Of a stretch of 64,000 bases of DNA, positions 1 to 8,611 are shown piece by piece. The number at the start of each line of letters is the position of its first letter. The stretch's first letter is position 1. Under the pieces are notes generated by a model. It did no database searches. It worked only from the letters and a program-made list of their open reading frames with translations, and was not told the origin of the DNA. Source of the DNA: an uncultured Brevinematales bacterium. Its GTDB lineage: Bacteria > Spirochaetota > Brevinematia > Brevinematales > JAOACQ01. The position numbers were made by a program, and so were the translations under genes. Location of the stretch: the NCBI GenBank assembly GCA_964413265.1, contig CAYPRX010000073.1, positions 88,883 through 152,882 on the forward strand, given 5' to 3'.

Positions 1-2
1 AT

Positions 3-635
3 ATGACAAGTTATTGCGAATCTTTAAGGGAAATTGCAAATGCGAGGGGTGAAGTTCCCGCCAGAAAAGGTTTTCCAGGTTATATGTACAGCGATCTTTC
101 AACAATCTATGAAAGGGCCGGCAGGGTTGAGAATAAAAGCGGCAGCATCACTCAGATGCCTATCCTGACAATGCCTAATGATGATATAACACACCCTGTT
201 CCTGATTTGACTGGTTATATTACTGAGGGACAGATAGTATTGGGAAGAGAACTGAATGGAAAGGGCATTTATCCCCCGGTCGATATTCTCCCTTCTCTTT
301 CAAGACTTATGAAGGATAGTATCGGGAAGGGCTACACGAGGGACGATCATCCGCACCTTTTTATGCAGCTTTATGCCAGTTATGCGAGGGTAAAGGAAGT
401 AAGAGCCATAGCTTCGATAGTAGGTGAAGAGGAACTTGGGGTAATTGACCAGAGCTATCTTAAATTCGGGGACATATTCGAGCATGAATTTATCGGCCAG
501 GGATTTAATGAGGACCGTTCTTTGGAGGAAAGTCTTGCTTTAGGCTGGAAAATGATATCCCTCTTGCCGAGAACTGAACTTACAAGTCTTCGTGAGGAAG
601 AAATCAAGCAGTATTATTCTGAGGAAGAGAGATAG
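3..635 (+). CDS. atpB: V-type (A/V) ATP synthase subunit B, C-terminal part (5' end lies outside the window)
   Basis: The ORF is open to the window edge. Motifs [17 protein letters not shown] and [31 protein letters not shown] are typical of the non-catalytic B subunit. Subunit D follows 9 nt downstream. Confidence 0.9.
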   Translation: MTSYCESLREIANARGEVPARKGFPGYMYSDLSTIYERAGRVENKSGSITQMPILTMPNDDITHPVPDLTGYITEGQIVLGRELNGKGIYPPVDILPSLSRLMKDSIGKGYTRDDHPHLFMQLYASYARVKEVRAIASIVGEEELGVIDQSYLKFGDIFEHEFIGQGFNEDRSLEESLALGWKMISLLPRTELTSLREEEIKQYYSEEER

Positions 636-644
636 GATGAATTT

Positions 645-1289
645 ATGAATGTTTCAGAGATTGCACCTACAAAGACAAACCTGCTCGAGTATAAAGGGCA
701 GCTGGGATTTTCCATAGAAGGTCATGATCTGCTGGAGGAAAAACGGGAAATTCTTGTTATGCATCTTGTTGAGATTATTTCTAAGATAAAAGAAGTTAGG
801 GAAAGTCTCAATACACTCCTTGCTGAAAGCTTTGAAATACTTCAGACTGTAATCCTGGAAATAGGTGAACTTGAACTAAAGAACATTTCCGATACTCAAA
901 GAGAATTACCGGAAATTGAAATTCTTGAAAAAAGGGTTATGGGTGTAAATATTCCCTCAATAAAGTATAAAGAAGAGATCAGGGATGCATCAAGACCGGA
1001 CATTTCCTTTGCTTCCTCAACTATCAATTTTGATATTCTTTCAAAGAAAATCAAAGAGATGGCTTCTTTGATAACAGTTGTGGCACAGGTTGAGGATACC
1101 GCTTGGAGACTTGCTTACGAGATAAAAAAGACCCAGAGGCGGGTCAATGCGCTCGAAAATATTTTCATTCCGGACTTTAAAGAAATTATCAAATATATAC
1201 AGGATACACTTGAAGAGAGGGAGAGGGAAACATTTTTCCAGTTGAAAAGAATAAAAAGCAGTCAGGAGATCCAAGGCGATTCCGTTTAG
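645..1289 (+). CDS. atpD: V-type ATP synthase subunit D (central stalk)
   Basis: The N-terminus APTKTNLLEYKGQLGFSIEGHDLLEEKREILV and the C-terminal KKTQRRVNALENIFIP match the subunit D family. Its position directly after subunit B also fits. Confidence 0.85.
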   Translation: MNVSEIAPTKTNLLEYKGQLGFSIEGHDLLEEKREILVMHLVEIISKIKEVRESLNTLLAESFEILQTVILEIGELELKNISDTQRELPEIEILEKRVMGVNIPSIKYKEEIRDASRPDISFASSTINFDILSKKIKEMASLITVVAQVEDTAWRLAYEIKKTQRRVNALENIFIPDFKEIIKYIQDTLEERERETFFQLKRIKSSQEIQGDSV

Positions 1290-1307
1290 AAGGCGGGGAG
1301 GTTTATT

Positions 1308-1760
1308 ATGGGCAGAATCTATTATCCGTTAACTGGCTCTGCTGAGAACAGGAAGGCTACGAAGAGAGTTATCTCTCTTGTAAAATCGTATAACATGAAA
1401 TTAACCGCAATTTCTGTGGTAAACAATGAATTACTTTTAAAAATGGAAAGATACAGGATTTTCATAAATGAAGAAACATCCGTTATTAAAGATGAAATGA
1501 CCTGCGACGCCAAAAATTATCTCAACTATATAAAAAAAATCGGAATTGAGGGAGGAATCGAGGTTAATACAGTTTTGCTTGAAGGCGACCCCTATTGCTG
1601 TATAATGGATTTTATAAAACACGACAAGGAGGAATATAAAATCATATGTGTAGCAAAAAAATGCGGGGGTGAATTTTTAAAAGACATTTTTTCAACCGTT
1701 GAACGAAAAATTCTGCTGAATACTACTTTTGACACTATTGTCATTGGAGAATGTGTATGA
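1308..1760 (+). CDS. Universal stress protein (USP)-like alpha/beta domain protein
   Basis: It is 150 aa with a USP-like layout (IYYPLTGSAENRKATKRVISLVKSYNMKLTAISVV ... LLEGDPYCCIMDFIK ... KIICVAKKCGG ... ERKILLNTTFDTIVIG). The G-2x-G-9x-G(S/T) ATP motif is not obvious. A GGAGG ribosome-binding site lies upstream. Confidence 0.45.
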   Translation: MGRIYYPLTGSAENRKATKRVISLVKSYNMKLTAISVVNNELLLKMERYRIFINEETSVIKDEMTCDAKNYLNYIKKIGIEGGIEVNTVLLEGDPYCCIMDFIKHDKEEYKIICVAKKCGGEFLKDIFSTVERKILLNTTFDTIVIGECV

Positions 1761-2065
1761 AGGATTTAATATCAGCCATTTTAAGCGCCGAGGAAGAGCT
1801 GCAGGAGAAGGCTAAATCGACTAATGAGAAAGTTCAGGAAATAAACGGACAGGCAGATGCCAAGATTGATCAATTTATCAGGAATAGGGAGGAAGAACTG
1901 CTCCGGGAAAAAAATAAAAAGACAAACAGCCTTGAAGATGAAATAAGGGAATACGGCGAAAAGCTTCATAAAGACATTAACCGGGAGATGAAGGCCAAGG
2001 AAAAAAAACTGAATGCAAAAAGATCGGTCATTTACTCAAGAATTATAAATTCAATTATAAGCTGA
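1757..2065 (+). CDS. Small charged coiled-coil protein, possible V-ATPase peripheral-stalk (G/H/E-like) subunit
   Basis: It is about 100 aa, Lys/Glu-rich and heptad-like (AEEELQEKAKSTNEKVQEINGQADAKIDQFIRNREEELL). The ATG at 1757 overlaps the upstream stop as ATGA. The track start at 1751 is an alternative. The assignment rests on composition and operon position only. Confidence 0.35.
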   Translation: MKDLISAILSAEEELQEKAKSTNEKVQEINGQADAKIDQFIRNREEELLREKNKKTNSLEDEIREYGEKLHKDINREMKAKEKKLNAKRSVIYSRIINSIIS

Positions 2066-2082
2066 AGCAAAAGAGGAAGATC

Positions 2083-3087
2083 ATGTTCGGAGAAGAATAC
2101 ACCTCGGTTTATCCAAAGGTCAAAAACTGGGCTGCTTCATTAGTACTCTCCAAGGATAAGTGCTCCGAAATACTATCGATGAATATGCCTGAATATTTGC
2201 AGTTTTTAAAGGCCCTTTCAAAAAAAATTGATCTTAATACTGATGATAATGTACAGCTTGAAGGCCAGCTCAAACAGGAGGGTTTTTACTTCATTGAAAG
2301 TATAAGCCGTTATCTTTTGGGTTACACAAAGGTTTTTATACTCTACCTTGGAAAAATTCACGAAATCGAGAACTTGAAAATAATAACCAGATCACTTTTA
2401 AATAAAAGGCCTGTCAATTTCCTTTACAGAATTCACAGAACGAGCCGTATCCAGATGGAATTTATTAAAGATATAAAAACTCTTGATGAATTTCAGAATT
2501 TGCTTGGAGGTACTGAATATTACAGGCTTGCATCCGATGCAATACCAAGGATAAAGAATGAAAATACGACTTTTTATTTTGAAATGAACCTTGACAATTA
2601 CTATGCGAACAGTATTAAAAAACAGATCTCACGCCTGGGTCCTGATGAAAAGAAACAAATAAAAAACATATTTTTTTATTATCTTAATATCAGCCGGTTA
2701 TTATGGATATACAGGGCAAAGTTCAATTTTTCGATGTCCAATGAAGAGATTATTGCGATTGTACCTAATATTCCGGTAATTTTCAGCAAATCAGCCTATC
2801 ACTCGCTTCTGGATTCGGAGACAAAAGAAAATTTTATTGAGAAATTGAAAAATCTTGGTTTTTTAGAGGTGAGAGATCCAGATCATTTTAATCTTGAAAA
2901 GGAAATGTATTTCCAGCTTATGAAGAAGGGGAAATCCTGTCTTGTTGGAAATCCCTTCAGTCTGAGCGTGTTTCTTGGTTTTTTTATTCTGAATATTATT
3001 CATGTGAGAAACCTCATTACAGCCCTTGAAGCCAAAAAACTTGGCGTAGATGCTGCTAAAATTATGGAAATGCTGGTATATGATTAA
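2083..3087 (+). CDS. atpC: V-type ATP synthase subunit C (d / AC39 family)
   Basis: At 334 aa the size is right. The segment EIENLKIITRSLLNKRP and the C-terminal VRNLITALEAKKLGVDAAKIMEMLVY resemble the conserved AC39 repeats of bacterial subunit C. It sits between stalk genes and subunit I. Confidence 0.7.
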   Translation: MFGEEYTSVYPKVKNWAASLVLSKDKCSEILSMNMPEYLQFLKALSKKIDLNTDDNVQLEGQLKQEGFYFIESISRYLLGYTKVFILYLGKIHEIENLKIITRSLLNKRPVNFLYRIHRTSRIQMEFIKDIKTLDEFQNLLGGTEYYRLASDAIPRIKNENTTFYFEMNLDNYYANSIKKQISRLGPDEKKQIKNIFFYYLNISRLLWIYRAKFNFSMSNEEIIAIVPNIPVIFSKSAYHSLLDSETKENFIEKLKNLGFLEVRDPDHFNLEKEMYFQLMKKGKSCLVGNPFSLSVFLGFFILNIIHVRNLITALEAKKLGVDAAKIMEMLVYD

Positions 3088-3106
3088 TAAAACAGGGGAT
3101 TAACAG

Positions 3107-5062
3107 ATGTTTATCTCTCAAAGGATGAAGAAGATCGACCTTATTATCATGAAAAAATTTGCTGATGATGTGTCGAAAGAAATAGTAAAGTTCGGAAATT
3201 TTCAAACGATTGAAATATCCGGCGAAAAGGCAGAAGATCTTTTGCTGAAGAAAAGCGTTTCTGATGCGGAAATAGCGAGATTTTCAGACCTTGATAAGAG
3301 GGTAAGTTACCTTATTTCCACGTTTGAAAGCATCATGGAAAATATTGAAATGTGGGAAAGCGAGGAGATTACTGAAGCCGGAATGATAGATGCTGAGAGC
3401 CTTGAAAAGAATGTCAAGACCATAGAATCGGAAGTAAACTTGCATTACGGAAATATTGAAAGGCTCAGAAATGAGCAGAGAGAAAATAAAATCAGAATAA
3501 AAAAGGTAGATTATTTCTCTACCCAGGAAGTCGATTGGACAAGAAGTACCTGGATGACATTTTTTACTATGGGATTTGGCAGCGTTCCACTGGCTGGTTA
3601 TGTAGGATTTGAAAGTGCTATGGAAACACTGCCGACCGTCATTGAAAAAGTAGATACGATTGATGATACGGTAATAGTGTTTTACGTGGCACCTTCTTCG
3701 GTTAAAGAAAAGGTCTCACAGATTCTTAAAAGCGTTTATTTCAAGAATTATGGTATACCTGAAACAGCAGCAGAAGTGGATAAATCCTCACTTGTGCATC
3801 ATGCTTTCGAGTTAAGTTCAGCTTATGATGAGGAAATGTGGCAGGAAAAGCAATTTAAAAAAAAGATACTTGATTACAGACAGCTTTTGAAAACTCTGAA
3901 AAACAGTGCACGGTATTATATAGCCATGGAACGCCTGAAGGGGGAGATGGCATCTTCGGAAAAGGTTTGCATATTTTCAGGATGGGTTCCATCAAAAATT
4001 ACTCATAGATTTAAAAAAAAGATGGAACAATTGACTCAGAACAGGTGTGAAATTTTGGAAAGGAGCGCATCAAAAGCGTTGGCTGAAGAGGGTCTCATTG
4101 CGCCAACTAAATTATCCAACCCGTTCTTTATAAGACCATTTGAAATGCTTGTTTCTACTTTCGGCACTCCTAATTACAGGGAAATCGATCCAACCCCATT
4201 GCTTGCTGTGACTTTTGTACTTATGTACGGTGCAATGTTCGGGGATGTAGGACAGGGTTTAGCCCTCGTCCTGCTGGGTATTATTATATTTTTTATTAAA
4301 AAGTTCAAATCATTCAGGAATTTCGGTACTATATTTATTTATGTCGGAGTATCATCTGCCTTTTTTGGATTGATGTACGGAGCCGTATTTGGTTTTGAGA
4401 ATGTGATAAAAGCGATATGGATGAAGCCGATGGACCGTGTTATGGATATCCTCACACTCTCTATTATATATGGATCATTTGTTATCCTGTTAGCTCAAAT
4501 CCTCAATATTATTAATAGTATATTGGGGAAGGACTATCCCAGTTTTTTATTTTCAAGGAATGGGCTGGCCGGCTTCGGTTTCTATGGATCTTTAGTCTAT
4601 GTAGCTATCTGTTTAATAAGGGGAATTCATTACCAGGAATATATTTTTGTTTTCACCATAGTTTGTGCTCTGTTGATATCCCTCGAAAAATACCTTGAAA
4701 GATTATTGTTCAGCCATCATGTTAGCGGAGCTGAGGACGAAAAACCAACCGTTACGATGGCTGTTGTAGAAATATACGAATCTGTAATGGGTTTCCTCAG
4801 CAATACCATATCTTTCATCAGGGTCGGTGCTTTCGCCTTGAACCACATAGCACTCATGAGCGTAGTTTTTGTTTTGTCATATTCGTCCAAAAATCCTATA
4901 GTTCAATGGGTAGGACTCTTCATCGGCAATATCATCGTGATCGGCTTTGAGGGATTTATAGTTGGCATCCAGGTAATGAGGCTTGAATACTATGAATTCT
5001 TTACCAGGTTTTTCAGAGCTGACGGCAAGGCCTTCGAAGGGATCGGTGTTTATAAACCATAA
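3107..5062 (+). CDS. atpI: V-type ATP synthase subunit I (a subunit, membrane stator)
   Basis: It is 651 aa with a soluble coiled N-terminal half followed by multiple TM helices. Motifs: NPFFIRPFEMLVSTFGTPNYREIDPTPLLAVTFVLMYGAMFGDVGQG and the Arg-containing helix SFIRVGAFALNHIAL. Confidence 0.85.
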   Translation: MFISQRMKKIDLIIMKKFADDVSKEIVKFGNFQTIEISGEKAEDLLLKKSVSDAEIARFSDLDKRVSYLISTFESIMENIEMWESEEITEAGMIDAESLEKNVKTIESEVNLHYGNIERLRNEQRENKIRIKKVDYFSTQEVDWTRSTWMTFFTMGFGSVPLAGYVGFESAMETLPTVIEKVDTIDDTVIVFYVAPSSVKEKVSQILKSVYFKNYGIPETAAEVDKSSLVHHAFELSSAYDEEMWQEKQFKKKILDYRQLLKTLKNSARYYIAMERLKGEMASSEKVCIFSGWVPSKITHRFKKKMEQLTQNRCEILERSASKALAEEGLIAPTKLSNPFFIRPFEMLVSTFGTPNYREIDPTPLLAVTFVLMYGAMFGDVGQGLALVLLGIIIFFIKKFKSFRNFGTIFIYVGVSSAFFGLMYGAVFGFENVIKAIWMKPMDRVMDILTLSIIYGSFVILLAQILNIINSILGKDYPSFLFSRNGLAGFGFYGSLVYVAICLIRGIHYQEYIFVFTIVCALLISLEKYLERLLFSHHVSGAEDEKPTVTMAVVEIYESVMGFLSNTISFIRVGAFALNHIALMSVVFVLSYSSKNPIVQWVGLFIGNIIVIGFEGFIVGIQVMRLEYYEFFTRFFRADGKAFEGIGVYKP

Positions 5063-5115
5063 AATCTTAACTATTATTATTTTCTTTAAGAGAAAACATT
5101 GGCGAGGACAGGAAG

Positions 5116-6447
5116 ATGCCTTTCTATGATAAATATTACCAGAAGATGCCGGATAATACCCTCAAGCAGGTCAATCCGTATAATGGTACAGAAGTCTGGT
5201 GTGTTGAAGAGAGGAAAAGAGGACCCGTCCTGAATGGTGTTCCTGAAAACCCTGTTCCGATATCACCTGTAATACCTGAGAATTACTGTGATTTCTGCTG
5301 TTCCAGATATGAATTCTGCACTCCAGAAAAAGCAAGGATAATTAAGGAACATGACGGGGTTTGGAGGAAATATTACAGGGTTGATCCTGAAAATGTAGGC
5401 GAATGTTCAGCCGATTTCAGGCTTGTTGGCAACCTTTTTGAGATCGTAACTTACGAGTACTGGTCCAAGAATTATCATTACAAAATGAATAAAGCTAACA
5501 GGGATTGGAAGGATAAATATTTAAACAGCCAGAAAGGTTATAATCATGCTATGAAAATGCTTGAACTGAAATTAAAAAGAATCGGGCTGGATATTAATTC
5601 AATTTCAGAAGATGAAAAGATTGAAAAATTAAACCCATTTTTCGGTGGTTCTCATAATCTCATAATAGGAAGGCGTCATTACCGGGATGGTGCTAAGTTT
5701 TCCCATGAACTTTGTTCCTCTGGTGAATTGACTTCTGAAGAGCATTTCCAGTATATCCTGCTTACAGTCGAAAGTCTGAAGGATATATTCGAGCAAAACA
5801 ATTTTATAAGGTATATTATCGTTTTCCAGAACTGGCTGAAGCCAGCAGGTGCTTCTTTTGACCATCTGCACAAACAGCTCGTAGGTCTGGATGAGTGGGG
5901 GGTTCAGATGGAAAGGGAAATGGCAGAACTTGTCAGAAATCCTAATCTTTACAACGAATTTTCAATAAATTTCGGTATCTATCATTCGATGTTAATAGCA
6001 GAGAATGATTATGCGATAGCTGTATCAGAGTTCGGCCACCAGTTCCCTACAGTTGCAGTATATTCAAAGAGTGAAATCGTCAGGCCCTTTGATCAAACTG
6101 GCGAACAGATCAGGGGGATGAGCGACCTTGTCCATGCAATTCATTCAGTCATTTCAAGCCAGACGACATGCAATGAGGAATGGTATTATTCACCATTCGA
6201 TTCTGTTTACAGCATGCCCTGGCGCATATGCATTAAATTGCGTATTTATACTCCTGCAGGCTTTGAAGGAAACACTCAGATCTATATTAACCCGGTGCAT
6301 CCCCAGAAATTAGCTGGAGAAATATCAAGAATGCTTGAAAAAAAACGTGATGAGGGTCTGATCTGTCCGGATATCAGGATTGGGAGGGAAGTGAAAAGGG
6401 AGCCAAATGTATTGAAATATTATAAGAATAAATTAAAGAGACTTTAG
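5116..6447 (+). CDS. GalT-family (HIT superfamily branch III) nucleotidyltransferase/phosphorylase-like protein
   Basis: The N-terminal NPYNGTEVWCVEERKRGP resembles the GalT N-terminus. It has a Cys cluster CDFCCSRYEFC (Zn-site-like) and an HxHxQ active-site-like motif (FDHLHKQLVG). Confidence 0.6.
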   Translation: MPFYDKYYQKMPDNTLKQVNPYNGTEVWCVEERKRGPVLNGVPENPVPISPVIPENYCDFCCSRYEFCTPEKARIIKEHDGVWRKYYRVDPENVGECSADFRLVGNLFEIVTYEYWSKNYHYKMNKANRDWKDKYLNSQKGYNHAMKMLELKLKRIGLDINSISEDEKIEKLNPFFGGSHNLIIGRRHYRDGAKFSHELCSSGELTSEEHFQYILLTVESLKDIFEQNNFIRYIIVFQNWLKPAGASFDHLHKQLVGLDEWGVQMEREMAELVRNPNLYNEFSINFGIYHSMLIAENDYAIAVSEFGHQFPTVAVYSKSEIVRPFDQTGEQIRGMSDLVHAIHSVISSQTTCNEEWYYSPFDSVYSMPWRICIKLRIYTPAGFEGNTQIYINPVHPQKLAGEISRMLEKKRDEGLICPDIRIGREVKREPNVLKYYKNKLKRL

Positions 6448-6448
6448 A

Positions 6449-7363
6449 ATGTTCGAGGTTTTTTACAATGTACTGTTTCCGGTAGTCCTGATTTTCATAG
6501 CCGGCTATGTAACAGGAAGACTGTTTCCGATTAACAGAAAATCATTTTCAATAATATCGATATACCTGCTCACCCCGGCACTGGTTTTTTCATCGATTTA
6601 TGGATATGAGGATTTTTTTTCGCCAACTACCCTGAATATTTTTATCATTATCACTATTACAATTGTATTGACTGTACTTGTGGTGGAAATACTGGATTTA
6701 ATCTTTCATTTCGAGAGGAGCTTTAAAACAATTCTCCTTCTGGTGCTTATGCTGACGAATTCAGGAAATTTCGGCCTTCCAATAACTCAATATGCTTTTG
6801 GAAAACAGGGACTTCTTATAGGCACATTAGCAATGTCATTTTACATATTTTACACCCATACAGCCGGTGTGTTTATAGCCGCTTCAGATAAAAGCACAGT
6901 AAAGGATGCATTTTTTCAAATGCTTAAAATACCTGTGTTTTATGCTTTTGCAGCAGCCATGGTTCTCAATTATTTCAAAATACCGATGCCTGCTGCTGCA
7001 TTGAACAGCGTCAGGGATATGGGTTACAGCGGAATAACACTGAATCTACTTTTTGTCGGCATTACACTTTCAGATATAAGGATTACCAGGAATATCACCA
7101 GTGTTTTAATAATAAGTATTGTGAAACTCACAGTAATACCCTTTATAGCATTTCCATTTGTCCTTTTTTTAGGATTGAAAGGGCTTGAATTGAAAGTCAC
7201 ATTAACCCAGATAGCTATGCCATCAGCAATTTATTGTACGATACTTGCCAGCCATTTTAACAGTGATGTCAAACTTGCCAGCGAAATTGTCCTTGTATCT
7301 CTTCTATTAAGTATTGTGAGCCTTTCCGGGGCAATATATATACTAAACTTATTTATAAAATAA
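6449..7363 (+). CDS. AEC (auxin efflux carrier) family permease
   Basis: It is a 304-aa polytopic membrane protein. The start MFEVFYNVLFPVVLIFIAGYVTGRLF is typical of the AEC/malonate-transporter family. It begins 2 nt after the upstream stop. Confidence 0.75.
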   Translation: MFEVFYNVLFPVVLIFIAGYVTGRLFPINRKSFSIISIYLLTPALVFSSIYGYEDFFSPTTLNIFIIITITIVLTVLVVEILDLIFHFERSFKTILLLVLMLTNSGNFGLPITQYAFGKQGLLIGTLAMSFYIFYTHTAGVFIAASDKSTVKDAFFQMLKIPVFYAFAAAMVLNYFKIPMPAAALNSVRDMGYSGITLNLLFVGITLSDIRITRNITSVLIISIVKLTVIPFIAFPFVLFLGLKGLELKVTLTQIAMPSAIYCTILASHFNSDVKLASEIVLVSLLLSIVSLSGAIYILNLFIK

Positions 7364-7444
7364 ATACTACCGATAATCATTAATCGGGGCTTGTGCAAAT
7401 TCACTGATCCATGATAAACTATTATTTGATTGGGGAGTCATTTA

Positions 7445-8587
7445 ATGGCTTTAATAGAATTTCAGGTTCCAACAAATATTATCTGCGGTGCCGACAGTCT
7501 GCAGAAACTTTCAGAAATAGCATGTCCTAACAACGAAAAAGTTATTATGGTATGTGAAAAAAAATATACTGAAACAGGGATTACTCAGAAAATAAAGAGG
7601 CTTATTGAAGGTTATGCTTACGACATAATAATCTATGAAATTCCATCAAATGCAAGCACGAGAGAGCTTTTCGAGGGAGTCAATATAGCGAAATCAAGCA
7701 GAACTGATGTTGTGATCGGAATAGGCGGGGAAAACGTTCTTTCGGTGGCAAAATGCATTGCCCAGTTCAGCACTCAGGAAGTTTCGAGATCAGAGAATAA
7801 AGGCGCAAGGATAAACGTTAAAAAGGTGCGCTATATAGAGGTCCCGACAATTCAGGTTGTTACATGGGGAATTATTCCAATAACTTATGTTATAGATGAA
7901 ACCGACATGATACGAAAACCCTATTCGGATAAGGCTTCTTATGCTGAAGCCTTGATAATCGATCCTTTGATAACAGAGGATGTCCCTTTAAGCGATTTAA
8001 TATACTCGAGTCTTGAGGGAATATCCTATTCTTTCGATGCCTATATCTCAAAAAAATCCACCCCCGTATCTGATGCAATGAGCCTTAAGGCCATTGAGTA
8101 TCTCAGCGTAAATTTAAAAAGGCTTACTCTGGAACCGGCAAATACAAAGATCAAGGGTAACCTTTCAATAGGAACTATGCTTGCTTCCCTTGCGGTATAC
8201 GGATCATCTCCTGGATTATCGGCAGCATGTGCTATGGGACTCTCTTCAGCATCTAATATCAGCCAGCAGATTGGATCCGGAGTGGTACTGCCGCATGTTA
8301 TGGAATTTAATCTCACAGCAGCCGCGAACAAGTTTATTCAGATCGCGATGGCGCTGGGAGAGAAAGTTGCAGATATTACAGTTATTGAAGCTGCCATTAT
8401 GGCTATTGAATCCATCAGGAGACTGATGATCGATCTTCATATATCTCAGCATCTGACTGAATACAATATTGATCAGAATATAATAAACAAATCATCACAG
8501 ATATCAGCTGAATACGATTTTTTATCTTTTTCTCCAAGACCAGCCGGAAGAAGTGAAATCCATGAAATATTTTCAGCGGCTCTTTAG
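7445..8587 (+). CDS. Iron-containing alcohol dehydrogenase family protein with degenerate cofactor/metal motifs
   Basis: The Fe-ADH fold pattern is present (VVIGIGGENVLSVAKCIA; VLPHVMEFN). GGGS is replaced by GGEN, and the expected D/H metal ligands read E/Y (SSLEGISYSFDAY). A GGGGAG ribosome-binding site lies 7 nt before the ATG at 7445. The track TTG at 7430 is less likely. Confidence 0.7.
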   Translation: MALIEFQVPTNIICGADSLQKLSEIACPNNEKVIMVCEKKYTETGITQKIKRLIEGYAYDIIIYEIPSNASTRELFEGVNIAKSSRTDVVIGIGGENVLSVAKCIAQFSTQEVSRSENKGARINVKKVRYIEVPTIQVVTWGIIPITYVIDETDMIRKPYSDKASYAEALIIDPLITEDVPLSDLIYSSLEGISYSFDAYISKKSTPVSDAMSLKAIEYLSVNLKRLTLEPANTKIKGNLSIGTMLASLAVYGSSPGLSAACAMGLSSASNISQQIGSGVVLPHVMEFNLTAAANKFIQIAMALGEKVADITVIEAAIMAIESIRRLMIDLHISQHLTEYNIDQNIINKSSQISAEYDFLSFSPRPAGRSEIHEIFSAAL

Positions 8588-8611
8588 AAAAGGGTGGAAA
8601 GGAGGGGTAAA

